A stretch of 64,000 bases of DNA from the human T2T-CHM13v2.0 reference genome, Homo sapiens (GCF_009914755.1 NC_060937.1); one strand, 5' to 3'. Positions 1-14,040 are shown, numbered from the stretch's first letter. Notes: a model not told the origin generated them from the sequence alone. Translations and numbers: made by a program.

Positions 1-589
1 TGATTGGCTGAGTCTTGGTATGATGGATCATGTACACACTTCTGGTTGGATAGATGAGATACAATGATTGCAGGCTCAGTAGAAACAAATGTTTATAGTG
101 GAGGAGTTAGTTTTCCAAATAAAGTATACATGCTGAACAGGCAAAATGCCACAAATAGTAATTATTCCTGAGGATTAAAAGCTTTTCCTATTAATGGTGC
201 AAATCCAAATACATGTTCATGTGGGTGTTATATAGTTAAAACAGTTTCTCTCCATTCTTCCAACAACTTGAGAGCTATCATAGCTGCAGGAATTTTGTGA
301 AAAACTTAATTTATGTCTAATTCTAAGACTAAAGCAATGTATGCTAGTCTAAGATGAGGCAGTCTTTAGGTTGGGTAGAATAATATTTGCATCAGTTTTC
401 AAGCTACATAATGAAAGAGATAACTAGCCATTTGATATGGATCCATTTATTCATTATTCATTTAACAAACATTTCTTGATAAAATGTTAGTGTCTAGTTA
501 CCACCTAGTTACCTTCTTCCCTACACTAGTAACTATATTTATCAATTTTTGTTATATCTCCACTGTTTCTTTTATAAAATATAAGTAAA

Positions 590-663
590 CACACACACAT
601 ATACACACATGTGTACACATACGCACACACATACATATATATAAACTCGTGTGTGTGTGTGTG

Positions 664-705
<42 letters not shown>
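590..705. repeat. Compound (CA)/(TG)/(TA) microsatellite
   Basis: Runs of acacacac, gtgtgtgt and (ta)n are directly visible. Confidence 0.9.
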
Positions 706-706
<1 letters not shown>

Positions 707-1150
707 ATTACATCTGGGGTTTTCATTTGAAAACCTCAGGAACTAAGCTTATATACTTCCAGTCATTTTAGCCTCCCATAAAGTTTAGTTGTACCTTTAA
801 ATAAATATGTTGACTCAGTCTGACCTTTGAGAGTCAGGATCATAAGAAGATTCAGGTCCAATTACAGAACTCGGTAACAGTTAAAATTTCACTTTCATTC
901 TCCAGAGATATTCCTTCATAAATAATGTATACATATTCATTTACCCTCTGACCCACTTAAAATCTATCTCACAGCAAAATACTAAATGTCCTTTGCACAA
1001 GACTATTCATAGAAACCTTATTTATAATTGCAATGGAAAAGTCCATTAATAAGGAACTGGTTGAAGAAAATTATGGTTTATTCACTCAATGAAGGCTAAA
1101 AAAGCAAATAAAAAGGGGATGAATAGGATATCAATATGCTAATATAGCAT

Positions 1151-1493
1151 TGATATGGTTTGGCTGTGTACCTACACCAATCTCATCTTCCGTTGGAGCT
1201 CTCATAATTCCCACGTGTCATGGGAGGCACTGGGTGGGAGGTAATTGAATCATAGGGGCAGGTCTTTCCTGTGCAGTTCTCGTGATAATGAATAAGTCTC
1301 ATGAGATCTGATGGTTTTATAGAGGGGAGTTCCCCTGCACATGCTTGCTTGTCTGCCGCCCTGTAAGGTATCCCTTTGCTCTTCCTTTGTCTACTGCCAT
1401 GATTGTGAGGCCTTCCCATCCGTATGGAACTGTGAGTCCATTAAACCTCTTTCCTTTATAAATTAACTAGTCTCAGGTAAGCAGACTAATACA
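1151..1493 (+). mobile_element. THE1-family (MaLR) solo LTR
   Basis: Starts tgatatggtttggctgtgt, contains ctcatgagatctgatggttttat and gtgagtccattaaacctctttcc, and ends gactaataca. The end motif is repeated again just downstream, to 1507. Confidence 0.9.
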
Positions 1494-2485
1494 AGAAGAC
1501 TAATACAAAATAGTATTTTTCAGTAAAATAAGCAAAATGAAAAAGAGTATTCATAGTAAGATATTTCACTGTCAGAAATGGGAAAGGCAATTTGGTGTCT
1601 ATATATATATGTGTGTGTGTATATGCATATACACACACACAGGTATACATATGTGTGCATATATATGCATGTGTATATATGTGTGTGTGTTTACTTATAT
1701 TTTATAAAAGAAACAGTGGAAATATAACTTCGAAATTGATAAATATACTTACTTGCATAGGGAAGAAGGTAACTAGGTGGAGGAAACAAAGATGTTATTG
1801 AGATTTCTGTGAATGTACCTTGTTATACAGTTTTCTTTCTAGAACCCTGTAGAAGTTTTTACATAATTAAAAATAGTAAGTTCAATAGAGAAGAAAATGC
1901 AATCTCTAAAAATCGGAGGGGGGAGTAAAAAAGCAAATAAACCTAACTACCGAACTTATCTTATGTTAAGTTGACATAAACACACAGAAAATAATTATTT
2001 TAAGTGCATGTAAAGCACAGTATTTTAGTTGTACTTCCTTAGTGAGATTTATTTCTAGACAAAAAATCACATTACAGCATAAACTGTATTCAGTTAACTT
2101 ATAGTAATATTCATATTATTATTTTGAAACTATCATAGAAATGTTATACTACAAACCAAATATGTAATTATGTTCAGATCTTTAGGAAATAAGATTTTTC
2201 AGCAGGAAAGAAAGAAAGATACAAGTATAAAATCAAAGTCAAGTAAAAGCCCTATATTCTCACATTTGAAATAGAAATAGCAATATCAACTTACCATTTA
2301 TTTCCTCTTATACAATTTTTTGACTTTGTCTGTTAAAAAAGCATAAAAGCAATGATAGCCCAGTAACAATGAGTATCCTCATCACTCAGACTGTGGTTAC
2401 TCATATCATTGTGTACTAAAAAGAAGCAGGAATCCTTGAAAAATTGATTAAGTTCCAGGCCTGAGGTAGAAAATGTGCAACATGA

Positions 2486-2606
2486 TACCTAGGTGATGGG
2501 ACAGTCTGTGCAGCAAACCACCATGGCACACTTTTACCTGTATAACAAACCTGCACACCCTGCACAAGTAACCCTGAAGTTAAAAGTTGGAAATTAAAAA
2601 AAAAAC
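2486..2606 (+). mobile_element. L1PA/L1PB 3' end fragment with A-tail
   Basis: gcagcaaaccaccatggcacac...aacaaacctgcac...aaaaaaaaa is a typical primate L1 3'UTR. Confidence 0.8.
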
Positions 2607-2659
2607 ATGAAAACTGCAACTGATTAAAATATGTTAAATATATTAAAGTGAATGTTTTG

Positions 2660-2950
2660 CTGATACATAGTTATATTAATAGATATTTATGGAGTGCATG
2701 TGATATTTGGTACATGCATACAATGTATAAGGAGCAAATCAGAATAATTGGGATATCTGTCACCTCAAACATTTAGCATTTCTTTGTGTTGAGAACATTT
2801 CAAATCTTTGCTTCTGGCTATTTTGAAATATATAATAAAAGATTGATAACTATAGTCACTGTGCTATTGAACAGCAGAACTTATTTTTTCTATCTAACTA
2901 TATTTTTATACCCATTAACCAACCTCTCTTCATCTCCCCCTCGCCACTAC
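2660..2950 (-). mobile_element. L1MA 3' end fragment
   Basis: atgtgatatttggtacatgcatacaatgt...cacctcaaacatttagcatttctttgtgttgagaacatt matches an antisense L1MA 3'UTR. Confidence 0.75.
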
Positions 2951-3160
2951 ATGAGTTCTTAATAAAATATAAAAAGAGCTCACAGGGTAGCAATGGAAGT
3001 TTTTGGTTACCACCTCATTCTCTGAAAAGTGATCAATAAAGAGAAAGAATTAAGATTTATCCTGTCTTTCCTTTCCCAAATACAGTTATTTTGGTATAAT
3101 GCTTGTCTGTAATGTACACATTTGTTCATACATAGTAGGTAAAAGATAAAATACAATCAT

Positions 3161-3509
3161 TGCTATGGTCCGAATGTTTACGACCCTCCAAATTCATATG
3201 TTGAAATCTTAACCCTCAAGGTAATGGCATTCAAAGATGTGGCCTTTGGGAAGTGATTAGATCATGAGGGTAGAATCCTCATGAATGGGATTAGTGCCCT
3301 AGAGAAGAGGTCCCAGAGAGCTGCCTTTTCCCTTCCATCATGTGAAGACAGAGTGAAGAACCAGGAATTGGGCCATCATCAGCCCCTGAGCCTGCTGGCA
3401 CCTTGATCTCGGACTTCCCAGCAACTAAAGCTGTAAGAAATAAATTTGTATTGTTGACACACACCCCAGTTTATGACATTTTTGTTACAGCAGCGTATAG
3501 TCTAGGACA
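3161..3509 (+). mobile_element. MLT1A-type MaLR LTR
   Basis: tgctatggtccgaatgttt...aaattcatatgttgaaat...ctcatgaatgggattagtgccct...ttgatctcggacttcccag...agaaataaatt. Confidence 0.85.
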
Positions 3510-3559
3510 TAAGACAATCATCAAAACTCAAAATGAAAAACGTACAATTTTTATAAGAT

Positions 3560-4200
3560 TAATGTCTAGCACTACCTATTATAGTTACATCTACCATGTG
3601 CAGTAATTGCATCCTGGAAGATCATAGTGCTTGTGAAGCGGTACACAGAACATGCACTCTCACGTCAGTTTCTGTCTCTTACTTCAATTACTCATATGCA
3701 TTGCCTTACAAGTGTGTATCGTGTTCTTCTCCTGAGTTTGGAAACTATTTATACAGAATCTGAAACATGAGTAAGTGTCCTGGTTATAAAAATACAAGCA
3801 CTGAATGAAAAGAAAGACCTCATGTATTGTGGCAAAGGCTGAAATAATAAAGTGTTTCAAAATAAACGAGAATATTTTTTATTGTGAGAGACTGTAAACC
3901 TAAAGTAATCTACACTGCGCACCCTAAGAGAAAATGTTATTCAAGTAAAAGAAACAATAGATCTTAACACATCATGGTTATCATCATCTTTCACTAAGAC
4001 TGAACAGCTCCTGCAGTAGACTGTAAGATAAGGATGAGAATGCTGAGTACAGCAGGATATCACTTAGAGGCATCTGGTCTCACTCTGATGTACAAGCTGC
4101 TGCTTTGTGAAAGAGAGAAACTGATAAAATTCAAATCTCTATTTTAAGCCAATGTAGAAAAAAAGCAAGGCAATGAACTCCAGCTTCTAATTTTATTACA
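3560..4200 (+). mobile_element. Decayed Tigger/pogo transposase N-terminal relic
   Basis: Frame-broken translation gives KAEIIKCFKINE...NLK*STLRT...ISILSQCRKKAR, resembling the psq/CENP-B HTH region of pogo transposases. Confidence 0.45.
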
Positions 4201-5142
4201 TTTTATCCTAAGAATGATAATATGCTTTCTTTTGCCTTTTCTCCATAAATTAAAAGTTAAAACTCTTTAATACATCAACTCTGCCAAGCAAACTTTATGT
4301 CTACGTCAAAGTAAAGTTTATTATTTACCATAATATTTCTTTATTAGGAATTAATATTTTAAAACTGTGTAACATACTTTTATTTATGTTTTATCACCTA
4401 TTATTCAGGTTTATATTCAGCCTCACCCTTATTTTCCCATAAGTCTTGTTATACTTATCAGACAAAATTCCATGATGCATCATTTCATAAAAAAAAAACT
4501 TGAGTTGATGAAAGATATTCTTTAGAGAAGAATTCCAGCTAATAAATGGACAGGACATCATAAAATTGGGAAGTCACTCTTTGTGACCACAAATAAAGTA
4601 ATGCATTTAGACAATAATCATCAATAGCCACCAAAACCACTTGCCAAGAAGTCAGTGGCAGCTTTTTAGTAAAGTGATCAAACTGATACAACTTGAACAC
4701 AATAATCAATATTGGAATCACATAAGAGGTGTTATGGGCCTCCTGATGAGATGCAGATATGAAATGTTTGTATCAAAAAAAAAAAAACCTGGATATAATC
4801 AAGCCTGCTTTCTGTAGGTCTTATAGTTTTCATTAACTATAGAGCTAAATACCACCACAAGACAGTAATCATCCAAATTCAGAACGTGAGACATTGCATA
4901 AGACAAATAACCTGGCTATCCAACAAATAAATGGTATATAAAAATTAAATAGCAAAGGAGGGTGACTGTTATAAATTATTAAAGTCCCAAGAAATATAAT
5001 AAATACAAGCAGTCTATGGATCCTTTGCAGATGTTTGTTTGAATAAGACAATAGAAAGATGACATTTTTAGACAAATGGGGAAATATATGGACTGGGTAT
5101 AAAATAACAAAGAATTATAATTGGTTATTTTAGGTGTTACAA

Positions 5143-5862
5143 TGATGGCAGTGGCGGCCTGTCTGGAGTGGCTACTGCCATGATGCTAGCTTCAATCGGG
5201 GAGGCGGGGAGGCCCTGCTGGGGCTGTGTGCTCCACAGAGCCAGCAGGAGCTGGGAACACGCAGAAGCCCTGCCTTCTCTCACCCCCTTTCAAGCTGGCA
5301 GGGCGGGAGCCTCATATTCCCTGGGCAAAGATGCTGCGGCCCAGCCATGGTTTTGGACCCAGACATCACTGTGCTCCTGGGGGCCAGGAGCAGGCAGCAG
5401 CCCCACCCTCCCAGGTGCAGCTGAAGCCACCCAAGCTGCAGCTGTGGACCCAGACATCCCTGCATTCTTGGGGGCCAGGGAGGCATCTCTGTCCCTGCAG
5501 GCTCGGATATGCCTGCTCCTGCTGTCTGGCCTCTCCCCATTCCTTGTGCCTGTTCCAATCTTGGAGCAAAGTTGAGGCTGACACACCAGCCCCCTGCTGC
5601 CTTGGCCCCCTGTGGACTTTGGGCGCTGACAAGCACGGGAGTGAGGCCGAGGGCAGCTCAGCATGGGCCTGCGGGCTCCACTCAGCATGAACAGTCTGGG
5701 TGACAGCAGAAGGCAGACAGGCTTCTGGGTAGAAAGTTCTGGGTCCCTGAAGCCCCACCTTCAAGTCAAGGATGGCCTGAAGTCTGGGGGCTGGGCTGAC
5801 AGACCAGAATGTGAACTTACAGTGCTTTTTCCTTCTGCCCCTGGCCACCCATGAACCAATCA
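5143..5862 (+). mobile_element. MER52-family ERV1 LTR (partial)
   Basis: Starts tgatggcagtggcggcctgtctggagtggctactgccatg. GC-rich, with the internal ggacccagacatc...gggggccagg repeat typical of MER52. Confidence 0.75.
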
Positions 5863-6037
5863 GGTGGACTGGAGAAAACATCAATGAACTGATTTCTAGG
5901 GAGAAGAGGCTTTTAAATACTCAAACTCTTTAAGAAATAGTCCCTAATGAGCAGTGGAGGTGGAAGTGACCAGCCGGGGAGGGAGGTGGGACTGGCAGTG
6001 GAAGTGGTGGCATCACTGGTTGTTGGGGCACTGGAAA

Positions 6038-7083
6038 TGTGTCTGGAGTTGGTTCCTTCCGGTAGGTTCGTGGTCTCGCTGATTTCAAGAATGAAGCTGT
6101 GGACCCTCGTGGTGAGTGTTACAGTTCTAAAGATGGAGTGTTACAGTTCTTGAAGATGGTGTGTCCGGAGTTTCTTCCTTCCGGTGGGTTCGTGGTCTCG
6201 CTGACTTTAGGAGTGAAGCCACGGACCCTCACGGTGAGCGTTACAGCTCTTAAAGGTGGCGCGTCCCTAGTTATTCGTTCCTCCTGGTGGGTTCATGGTC
6301 TAGCTGACTTCAGGAATGAAGCCGCAGACCCTCGCGGTGAGTGTTACAGTTCTTAAAGATGGTGTGTACGGATTCTGTTCCTTCAGATGTTCAGCTGTGT
6401 CCAGAGTTTCTTCCTGCCAGTGGGTTCATGGTCTGGCTGATTTCAGGAGTGAAACCACAGACCTTCGCAGTGAGTGTTATAGCTCTTAAAGGTGGCGTGT
6501 CTGGAGTTGTTTGTTCCTCCTGGTGGGTTTGTGGTCTGGCTGACTTCAGGAATGAAGCTGCAGACCCTCGTGGTTATTGTTAAAGCTCATAAAGGTAGTG
6601 CGGACCCAAAGAGTGAGCAGCAGCAAGATTTATTATGAAGAGCGAAAGAACAAAGCTTCCACAGCATGGAAGGGGACCTGAGCGGGTTGCCACTGCTGGC
6701 TCGGGTGGCCAGCTTTTATTCCCTTATTTGGCCCTGCACACATCCTGCTGATTGGTCCATTTTACAGAGTGCTGATTGATCCATTTTACAGAATGCTGAT
6801 TGGTGTGTTTACAATCCTTTAGCTAGACGCAGAGTGCTGATTGGCGCATTTTTACAGAGTGCTGACTGGTGCATTCACAAACCTTTAGCTAGACACAGAG
6901 TGCTGATTGGTGCGTTTTTACAGAGTGCTGATTGGTGCGTTTTTACAGAGTGCTGATTGGTGCATTTACAATCCTTTAGCTAGACACAGACCACTGATTG
7001 GTGCATTTACAATCCTCTAGCTAGACAGAAAAGTTCTCCAAGTCCCCACTCAACCCAGGAAGTCCAGCTGGTTTCACCTCTCA
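6038..7083 (-). mobile_element. LTR12 (ERV9) solo LTR
   Basis: The minus strand starts TGAGAGGTGAAACCAGCTGGACTTCC and ends GGAACCAACTCCAGACACA. 4-bp TSD GAAA at 6034-6037 and 7084-7087. Tandem gctgattgg U3 repeats and U5 repeats are present. Confidence 0.95.
6710..7020 (-). promoter_or_regulatory. LTR12 U3 NF-Y (CCAAT) array with AATAAA-type TATA element
   Basis: Seven intact ctgattgg copies (CCAAT on the minus strand), then gggaataaaagc on the minus strand near 6712-6723. This is the established ERV9 LTR promoter architecture. Confidence 0.7.
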
Positions 7084-7296
7084 GAAAGACTGAAGGTTGG
7101 AGACTAGGCTTAAACTCAGCCTCTTGAAGCCGAAGCTAGTTACTGATCAAATAACCACTCAGGGAAATCCAGTGTATCTTGTCATTTTAGCTACCTGATA
7201 CAGGGAGGAACTCCTGCTCTCTGGGAAAAAAAACAAAATAATGCAACCATATTTTCCAGTCTCCACTGTTTTTCTATACATAATATCTGGTAATCA

Positions 7297-7830
<534 letters not shown>

Positions 7831-8032
7831 TCAGAAATTCTGGATATATAAAACAAATATTTGAAATAGAATATGCTTTATATGGTTTTAAAAGCAGAAC
7901 AAATACTGTAGAAGAAAGTATAAGTGAAGTGAAAATGGCCTAATGCAAATTATACAAAATGAAGTACGTGAAGGAAAAATGACTAAGAAAATATAAAAAT
8001 GTCAGATAGCAATGGGACTAAATATATGAACT

Positions 8033-8036
<4 letters not shown>

Positions 8037-8065
<29 letters not shown>
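8037..8065. repeat. (CA)n microsatellite
   Basis: Perfect CA run. Confidence 0.95.
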
Positions 8066-8066
<1 letters not shown>

Positions 8067-8450
8067 TCCAGAATAATAGGAGAATGGTACAAAAAATACT
8101 TGAAGAAATAACTGGAAAATTTCCAAAGTTGATGAAAAATACAAATTTATAGCTCCTGAATAAATAGCAAGACAAATATGCTACAATTCCACTGCCCCCC
8201 AGGCGCATCATAGTCAAAGTGCAAAGAAAATATAAAGAAATCCACACAAAATCCACTAACTGTAATAAGTGAGTGAAGAAAGGTCTCAGGATATAAAGTC
8301 AATATAAAAAATATATTTCTATGTATTAGCAAAAACAATTGAAAAAAATGCTAATTACAAAAGCACAAAGAACCATAAATATCTAGGAACAAATCTAAGA
8401 CCTTCTCACTGAAAACTGAAAAGAAACCCAGTCATTGGGAGTAAAGAAAG

Positions 8451-8607
8451 ATTTTTTTTTTATTATTATACTTTAAGTTTTAGGGTACATGTGCACAACG
8501 TGCAGGTTTGTTACATATGTATACATGTGCCATGTTGGTGTGCTGCACCCATTAACTCGTCATTTAGCATTAGGTATATTTCCTAATGCTATCCCTCCCA
8601 CCTCCCT
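8451..8607 (-). mobile_element. Short young L1PA 3' end insertion
   Basis: ttttattattatactttaagttttagggtacatgtgcacaacgtgcaggtttgttacatatg...gctatccctccc is near-consensus L1PA 3' end. Confidence 0.92.
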
Positions 8608-9310
8608 GATCTTTTAAAAAGGAAGAAACACATCAGGCTCATGAGTTAGAAGATTTAATATCTTCCCCCAATTAATCTACAGATTTAATGAAATTCCAAT
8701 CACTAACGTAGAAGGGCTTTTTATAGAAATTGTCAAGATGATACTACAATCTGTATGGAAAAGGACATATTCCTAGGATAGCAAAAGAAGGGTAAAGGAG
8801 GAAGAGTTCTTTATATTCTCTAGGCATATGATCTGATTTTAGGATTTACTATAAAGTTATCAAGACAGCATAGTTCTGGAGTAAAGGTAGAAAGATAGGT
8901 AAATGTGACACAATAGAGTCTGAAAATATACCACAACTGTAATCAAATATTTGATAAAGGCAATAATGTAACTCAGTGAAGAAAGAACAATCTTTTCTAT
9001 AAATGCTATATAACTGGCTGGATATCTGTGTGGAAAAAAAAAAAACCTGAATGAGATGCATACCTCATGTGATATACAAAAATTATTTTAAAATGGATTA
9101 TAATCATAGATTATAAAACCAAAAACAAACTTTCAGAAAGAAAATATGGAAAAAAAAAACCTTAGCAAAGTGGAGATTAGGCAAAGATTTCTTAATAGAA
9201 CTCCAAAAGCTCTAACCAAAAAAGAAAAAAAAATGTTAAATTGAAGTATATCAAAATTTAAACCTTCTGTTCTTCAAGAGGCATTGTTAATTAAAAAGCA
9301 AGCTACAGAC

Positions 9311-10690
9311 ATTTAATTTCTAGCCCAACATGTAAAGAGCCTGGAGGTTGTTATTATCAACCTCATGAGAATAAGCTGAACAAACTGAAGATCAATAACT
9401 CATCTTAGAGCCATCAGATCACTGAGGTCACAAAACAAACTGCTGCCCAGTAACATGGAAAGACAGACAGATACAGAGAATCACGGCTTACCAGGAGCAG
9501 AAAACTTTACTGGACCCAATAACTGGTAGGAATACTTAAAGCGTAAGTGTTTAATTGCTGGAGACTGAGCATAGACTAGTTTAAGATGAGAACTCAGAGA
9601 CTAAAAACTTCTGAGGGTATAACCTTAAGGGGACCCCAAAACTTTTATGAGTTTTACATCCAGGAGCCCCACCTCGTTGCCACTGTGAGCAGAGAAAAAT
9701 CCCGTCATGCTTCTGGCAGGGAGAGGGGCAAAGTAACCATTGTGAAATATAGCCAGAGCATTCTATTCTTCCTGCAAAGGAGAGGTCTGTCCTTAAGGGT
9801 GACTGTTTTACCATAGACCAACCAACATATGTGTTTCCAGAGCCTCAGCCATGTGGGGAAAGGAATAACAAACTCCAGCCTCCTCTACCCTTCAAAGTAG
9901 GGGAAGAGAATACCAAACTCCACCGGCTTCTACCCTCCTGTGTGGGGGAAGGGAAACACACAACTCCAGTCCCATTAGCCCCCGTCTCATATGGGGTGGG
10001 GTAAATTGAGAAGGACTTGCCAAGATCAAAGCCCAGAGCCACAGACTCAGGTTGGGAATTTGGAGGTAATTAAGGTGTTTTTCCATAGATGAATGTTTAC
10101 TACAAATTGTGGTACATATATTCAATGACCTATTATTAATCAGCAATGAAGATAAATGAGCTATCAATCTATGAAAAGGCATGAAGAAACCTTAAATGCC
10201 TATTGCATAGTGAAAGGATCCAGTCCGAAAAAGCTACATACTATATGATTCCAACTGTATGACATTCTGGAGAAGGCAAAAGTATACAGACAGTAACAAG
10301 ATCAGTGGTTTTCAGGTTTTTTGGGGAGGGAGGTGGTAGGGACAAATAATTGGAGTACAGGGCATTTTTAAGTTAATAAAACTATTAACTCTAGAGTTAC
10401 ATAACATATGATACTGTAATGATGCATACATGACATTATGCCTTTGTCAAAACCCGTGGTATTGTACAACACAAAGAGTGAACTCTAATTCAACTATGGC
10501 CTTTAGTTAATGATAATGTATGAACATTGGTCCATCCATTGCAAAGACTGCACCACAGTAATACAAGCTGTTAATAGCAAGAAAAACTGTTGGGGGTGGG
10601 GGCAGTGAGAGAGGCTACTGGTAACACTGTACTTTCTGAGCAATTTTTATGTAAACCTAAAAATGTTCTAAAGAGTAAAGTCTATTTAAG
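9311..10690 (+). mobile_element. L1MC/L1MD-type element: 5'UTR-like segment (9311 to about 10060) joined to 3'UTR (about 10075-10690)
   Basis: The 5' part resembles an L1MD/MC 5' end. The 3' part has aaatgagctatcaa...gaaaccttaaatgc...aaagtctatttaag. Flanked by a degenerate duplication, aaaaagcaagctacagac / aaaaggaaactatagcc. Confidence 0.6.
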
Positions 10691-11147
10691 AAAAGGAAAC
10701 TATAGCCTTGGGAAAATATTTCCAATATGACATCTGACAAGATACTCAAATATTTAAATCTCAAATGTTTAATTAAGTCAGTAATTAAAAGACAAACAAC
10801 CCAATTAGTAATGGGCAAAAGTCTTAGATACTTCACCAAAGTAATGTATGAGATGGCCAACATTTGAAAAGATGCTTATAAATATCAGTCATCATGGAAA
10901 TGCTAATTAAAATCACAATGAATATCATTAAAAAACCACTAGAAAGGCTAAAATTTTAAAAAGACTGATAATACCAAGAGTTTACAAGAATGTAGAGCGA
11001 CTAGATTTCTTATATATTCCTGGAGGGGGAATAAAATGGTACAGCCACTGTAATAGCAGCTTTTAACTAATCATATACCTGCCTTATGATTTCTAAGTTC
11101 CACTCTCAGGAAACTAAACCTTTGTTACATAAAAATATGTGAACAAG

Positions 11148-11564
<417 letters not shown>

Positions 11565-11734
11565 TCAAGAATCAAAAGATTGAACTCCTGATATACACAA
11601 CAATGTGGAATAATCTCAAATTTATGCTCAGGAAAAGAAGCAAAAGTGTACGTTTTTGTGATATGCAAGAACAGGCAAAATTAATCTGTGAAAATAGAAA
11701 TCAGAAGAGTGATTGCCTGTGGGTGGCGGGGATA

Positions 11735-11912
11735 GGCTGTTTTTGTAAATAAAATTTTATTGGGACACAGCCACCGTCATTTGTTTATATATTGTCTATG
11801 GCTACTGTCACACTACAAGAACAGAGTCGAATAGTTGTGACTGGGACCATATGGTCTGCAAAGCTGAAACTATTTACTATCTGACCCTTTACAGAAAAAG
11901 TTTGCTGATCCT
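11735..11912 (+). mobile_element. MER58 (hAT-Charlie) fragment
   Basis: tttgtaaataaaattttattgggacacagcca...tatttactatctgaccctttacagaaaaagtttgctgatcc. Confidence 0.8.
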
Positions 11913-12734
11913 TAGTATAATTGAGCAAGTTTAACAAAATGTTGATAATTGCAGAGGCTGGACAATATTTTTATTGTTTATAAATAGAATAGTGGGCTAT
12001 TCTACTTTTATATGTTCCATAGTAAATTTTAAAAATTTGGGTAACATCATCTTGCCTGAGAACCGCAAGATTTTTGCTTGCACCGTTTGGGGATACAGGT
12101 ATTCGGAATCCTGCTTACTCCTCTCCTTCCTTCTGAGAGCCAACCCATTTTTGATCGCTTTTTTATGGCATCAACCCTGTGTGTAAACCATCTAATTACT
12201 GAAATTAGAGCATGAGAGGTTGTGGGCACTATAGGCAGACTGGATTTTATTATTCAGCCAATAAATTGACCCATTCATTATAAGGGCTTGCATGTGAGCA
12301 TTTTTGAAACCAACTCTATGGCCTGGGATTACAATTAAGTTAGTATAATTTGGGACCCATTTGTAAATTTTACTGTGGATCTAGATTATTTACACTTTCC
12401 AAAGCTGTCACATAGATAACAAATGATACTATGAGAAAAAGGTTAGATATGGGGATAAACATCTGTTAATAGAACTTATACATATGGAGCAGAGGTTGGC
12501 GTAGGACTTAAGAAGTTCCAGGGCTTATTTCTATCTTTAAATATCCTATGTTGTTTGCTAAAACACTGATCCTCAGTACGGTTTGAAAATTTCTTATTTA
12601 GTGTTCATTTCTTTGGATGAGTATATTATGTTACTAATTGCTGCATTTTAGAATATGAATATGAGTGAGGAGATATTAACCTACTCAAAATCTTGTGCTC
12701 CTTAATAGTAACTAATATTTATATTATGCTTTAT

Positions 12735-12930
12735 AATTTACTGCTTGCATTTCCTTATCTTATTTAATCCTCACAACCATGCTACAAAGGGTGCTATTAC
12801 TAACATCTATTGTACAAATGGAAAAACTACAGCTGAGCCGTGAAGTGAAAGTGAAGATCACAAAGGGGACAAGTGTCAGTCAGGGCTTTATGCTAAGTTC
12901 CATTAGTTTCCAATATTTGCTGCTGCTTCC
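12735..12930 (-). mobile_element. MIR
   Basis: tttaatcctcacaacc...tgtacaaatggaaaaactacagct is a MIR core. Confidence 0.6.
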
Positions 12931-12967
12931 ATTTCAATTAATGTGGTAGACATCTGAGTGTCAAATA

Positions 12968-14040
12968 CAGGGAGCCAGCATTTTGCATGGTAATTCAGAA
13001 CTGTGAAAATGACCATGCAAGTTGAAACTGTGCAAAATGGTCTGAGTCAACAGAAAAAATAAAACAGGCTTCTTTACTTTAAAAATGTTTAATAAAATTA
13101 AAAACTCTCTTATTTCTGTTTTAAAATGTATATAGTATATAACAATGTATGGTATAAAAAAGTAAAACTAATATTTACTCAGTACGCTGTAACTTATATC
13201 ATTAGGCATATTAAGAATTGCAATATTTTGTTTGTAAAAAAACTTATCAAGAGTAGTTTTAATAGTGCTTGCCATCTTGTCATATAACTTATGATATTAG
13301 AATGAGCATCTTCTCTATGCCTTGCCAAACTGTCATACTCTTTTCTTAGGTTGAATCAGCATTTAACATTTTATCATCGGCACTTTCAATATTGAGAAAT
13401 ATTCCTTTAATGTAAAGATTTTCACCGGCGTCACTTCCTCTGGGAAATCTCCCTCTTTTTAGCCTTGACCACTTGACTCATTTATGTCAATAAGCTTACT
13501 TTCAATACATTTTTCCTTGTGTATCTAGAGAATATGAACTCAAGCAGCATCCACATTCCTGTGGTCAGCTATTTCTTGTTTAACATTTCTTCTTTTACGT
13601 TGGATTTGAATTTCACTTCCAGAATTACTACGTTTCATTTCTTTGCTGTGCTTTTTTTTTTTTTTTTTTTTTTTGGGCCATTTTCCTCAGTTTTGTAAAA
13701 TGTCACGTGGGCTTATCACTGAGAGACAAGGAAGCGACACAACTACACATTTGCTACCTGTACCTGAACTGAATAGCAGAGGCACAGTGAGCAATCATTG
13801 CAAGCATTTCAAAGAAGTGATGTGATTGATCACGGATTTTGATGCACCTTTGATATTTACCTAGCGATTTACAGGCTGAGAGCTAGCTGTAAAATGTGTA
13901 CTTTATGCACTTAAACACATGGTTAATATACGTGATGATTGAAATTTAAGTCATGTTTTTAGGGGACTGATGTTATTTGACTGTACTAGGAGTGCAAAAT
14001 TTGTGCTTTTAGCAGAACAGCGCAAAGCAAGGGCTGCCTG
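12968..14040 (-). mobile_element. Tigger6-like TcMar-Tigger DNA transposon
   Basis: TIRs cagggagccagcattttgc / gcaaagcaagggctgcctg, TA target duplications at 12966-12967 and 14041-14042, and a minus-strand transposase relic (DFPEEVTPVKIFTLK). Confidence 0.75.

Noticed and set aside
5168-5884. Cluster of overlapping 118-172 aa ORFs on both strands
   Set aside because: They lie inside the GC-rich MER52 LTR. Low stop-codon frequency explains them, and I see no protein homology or splice structure.
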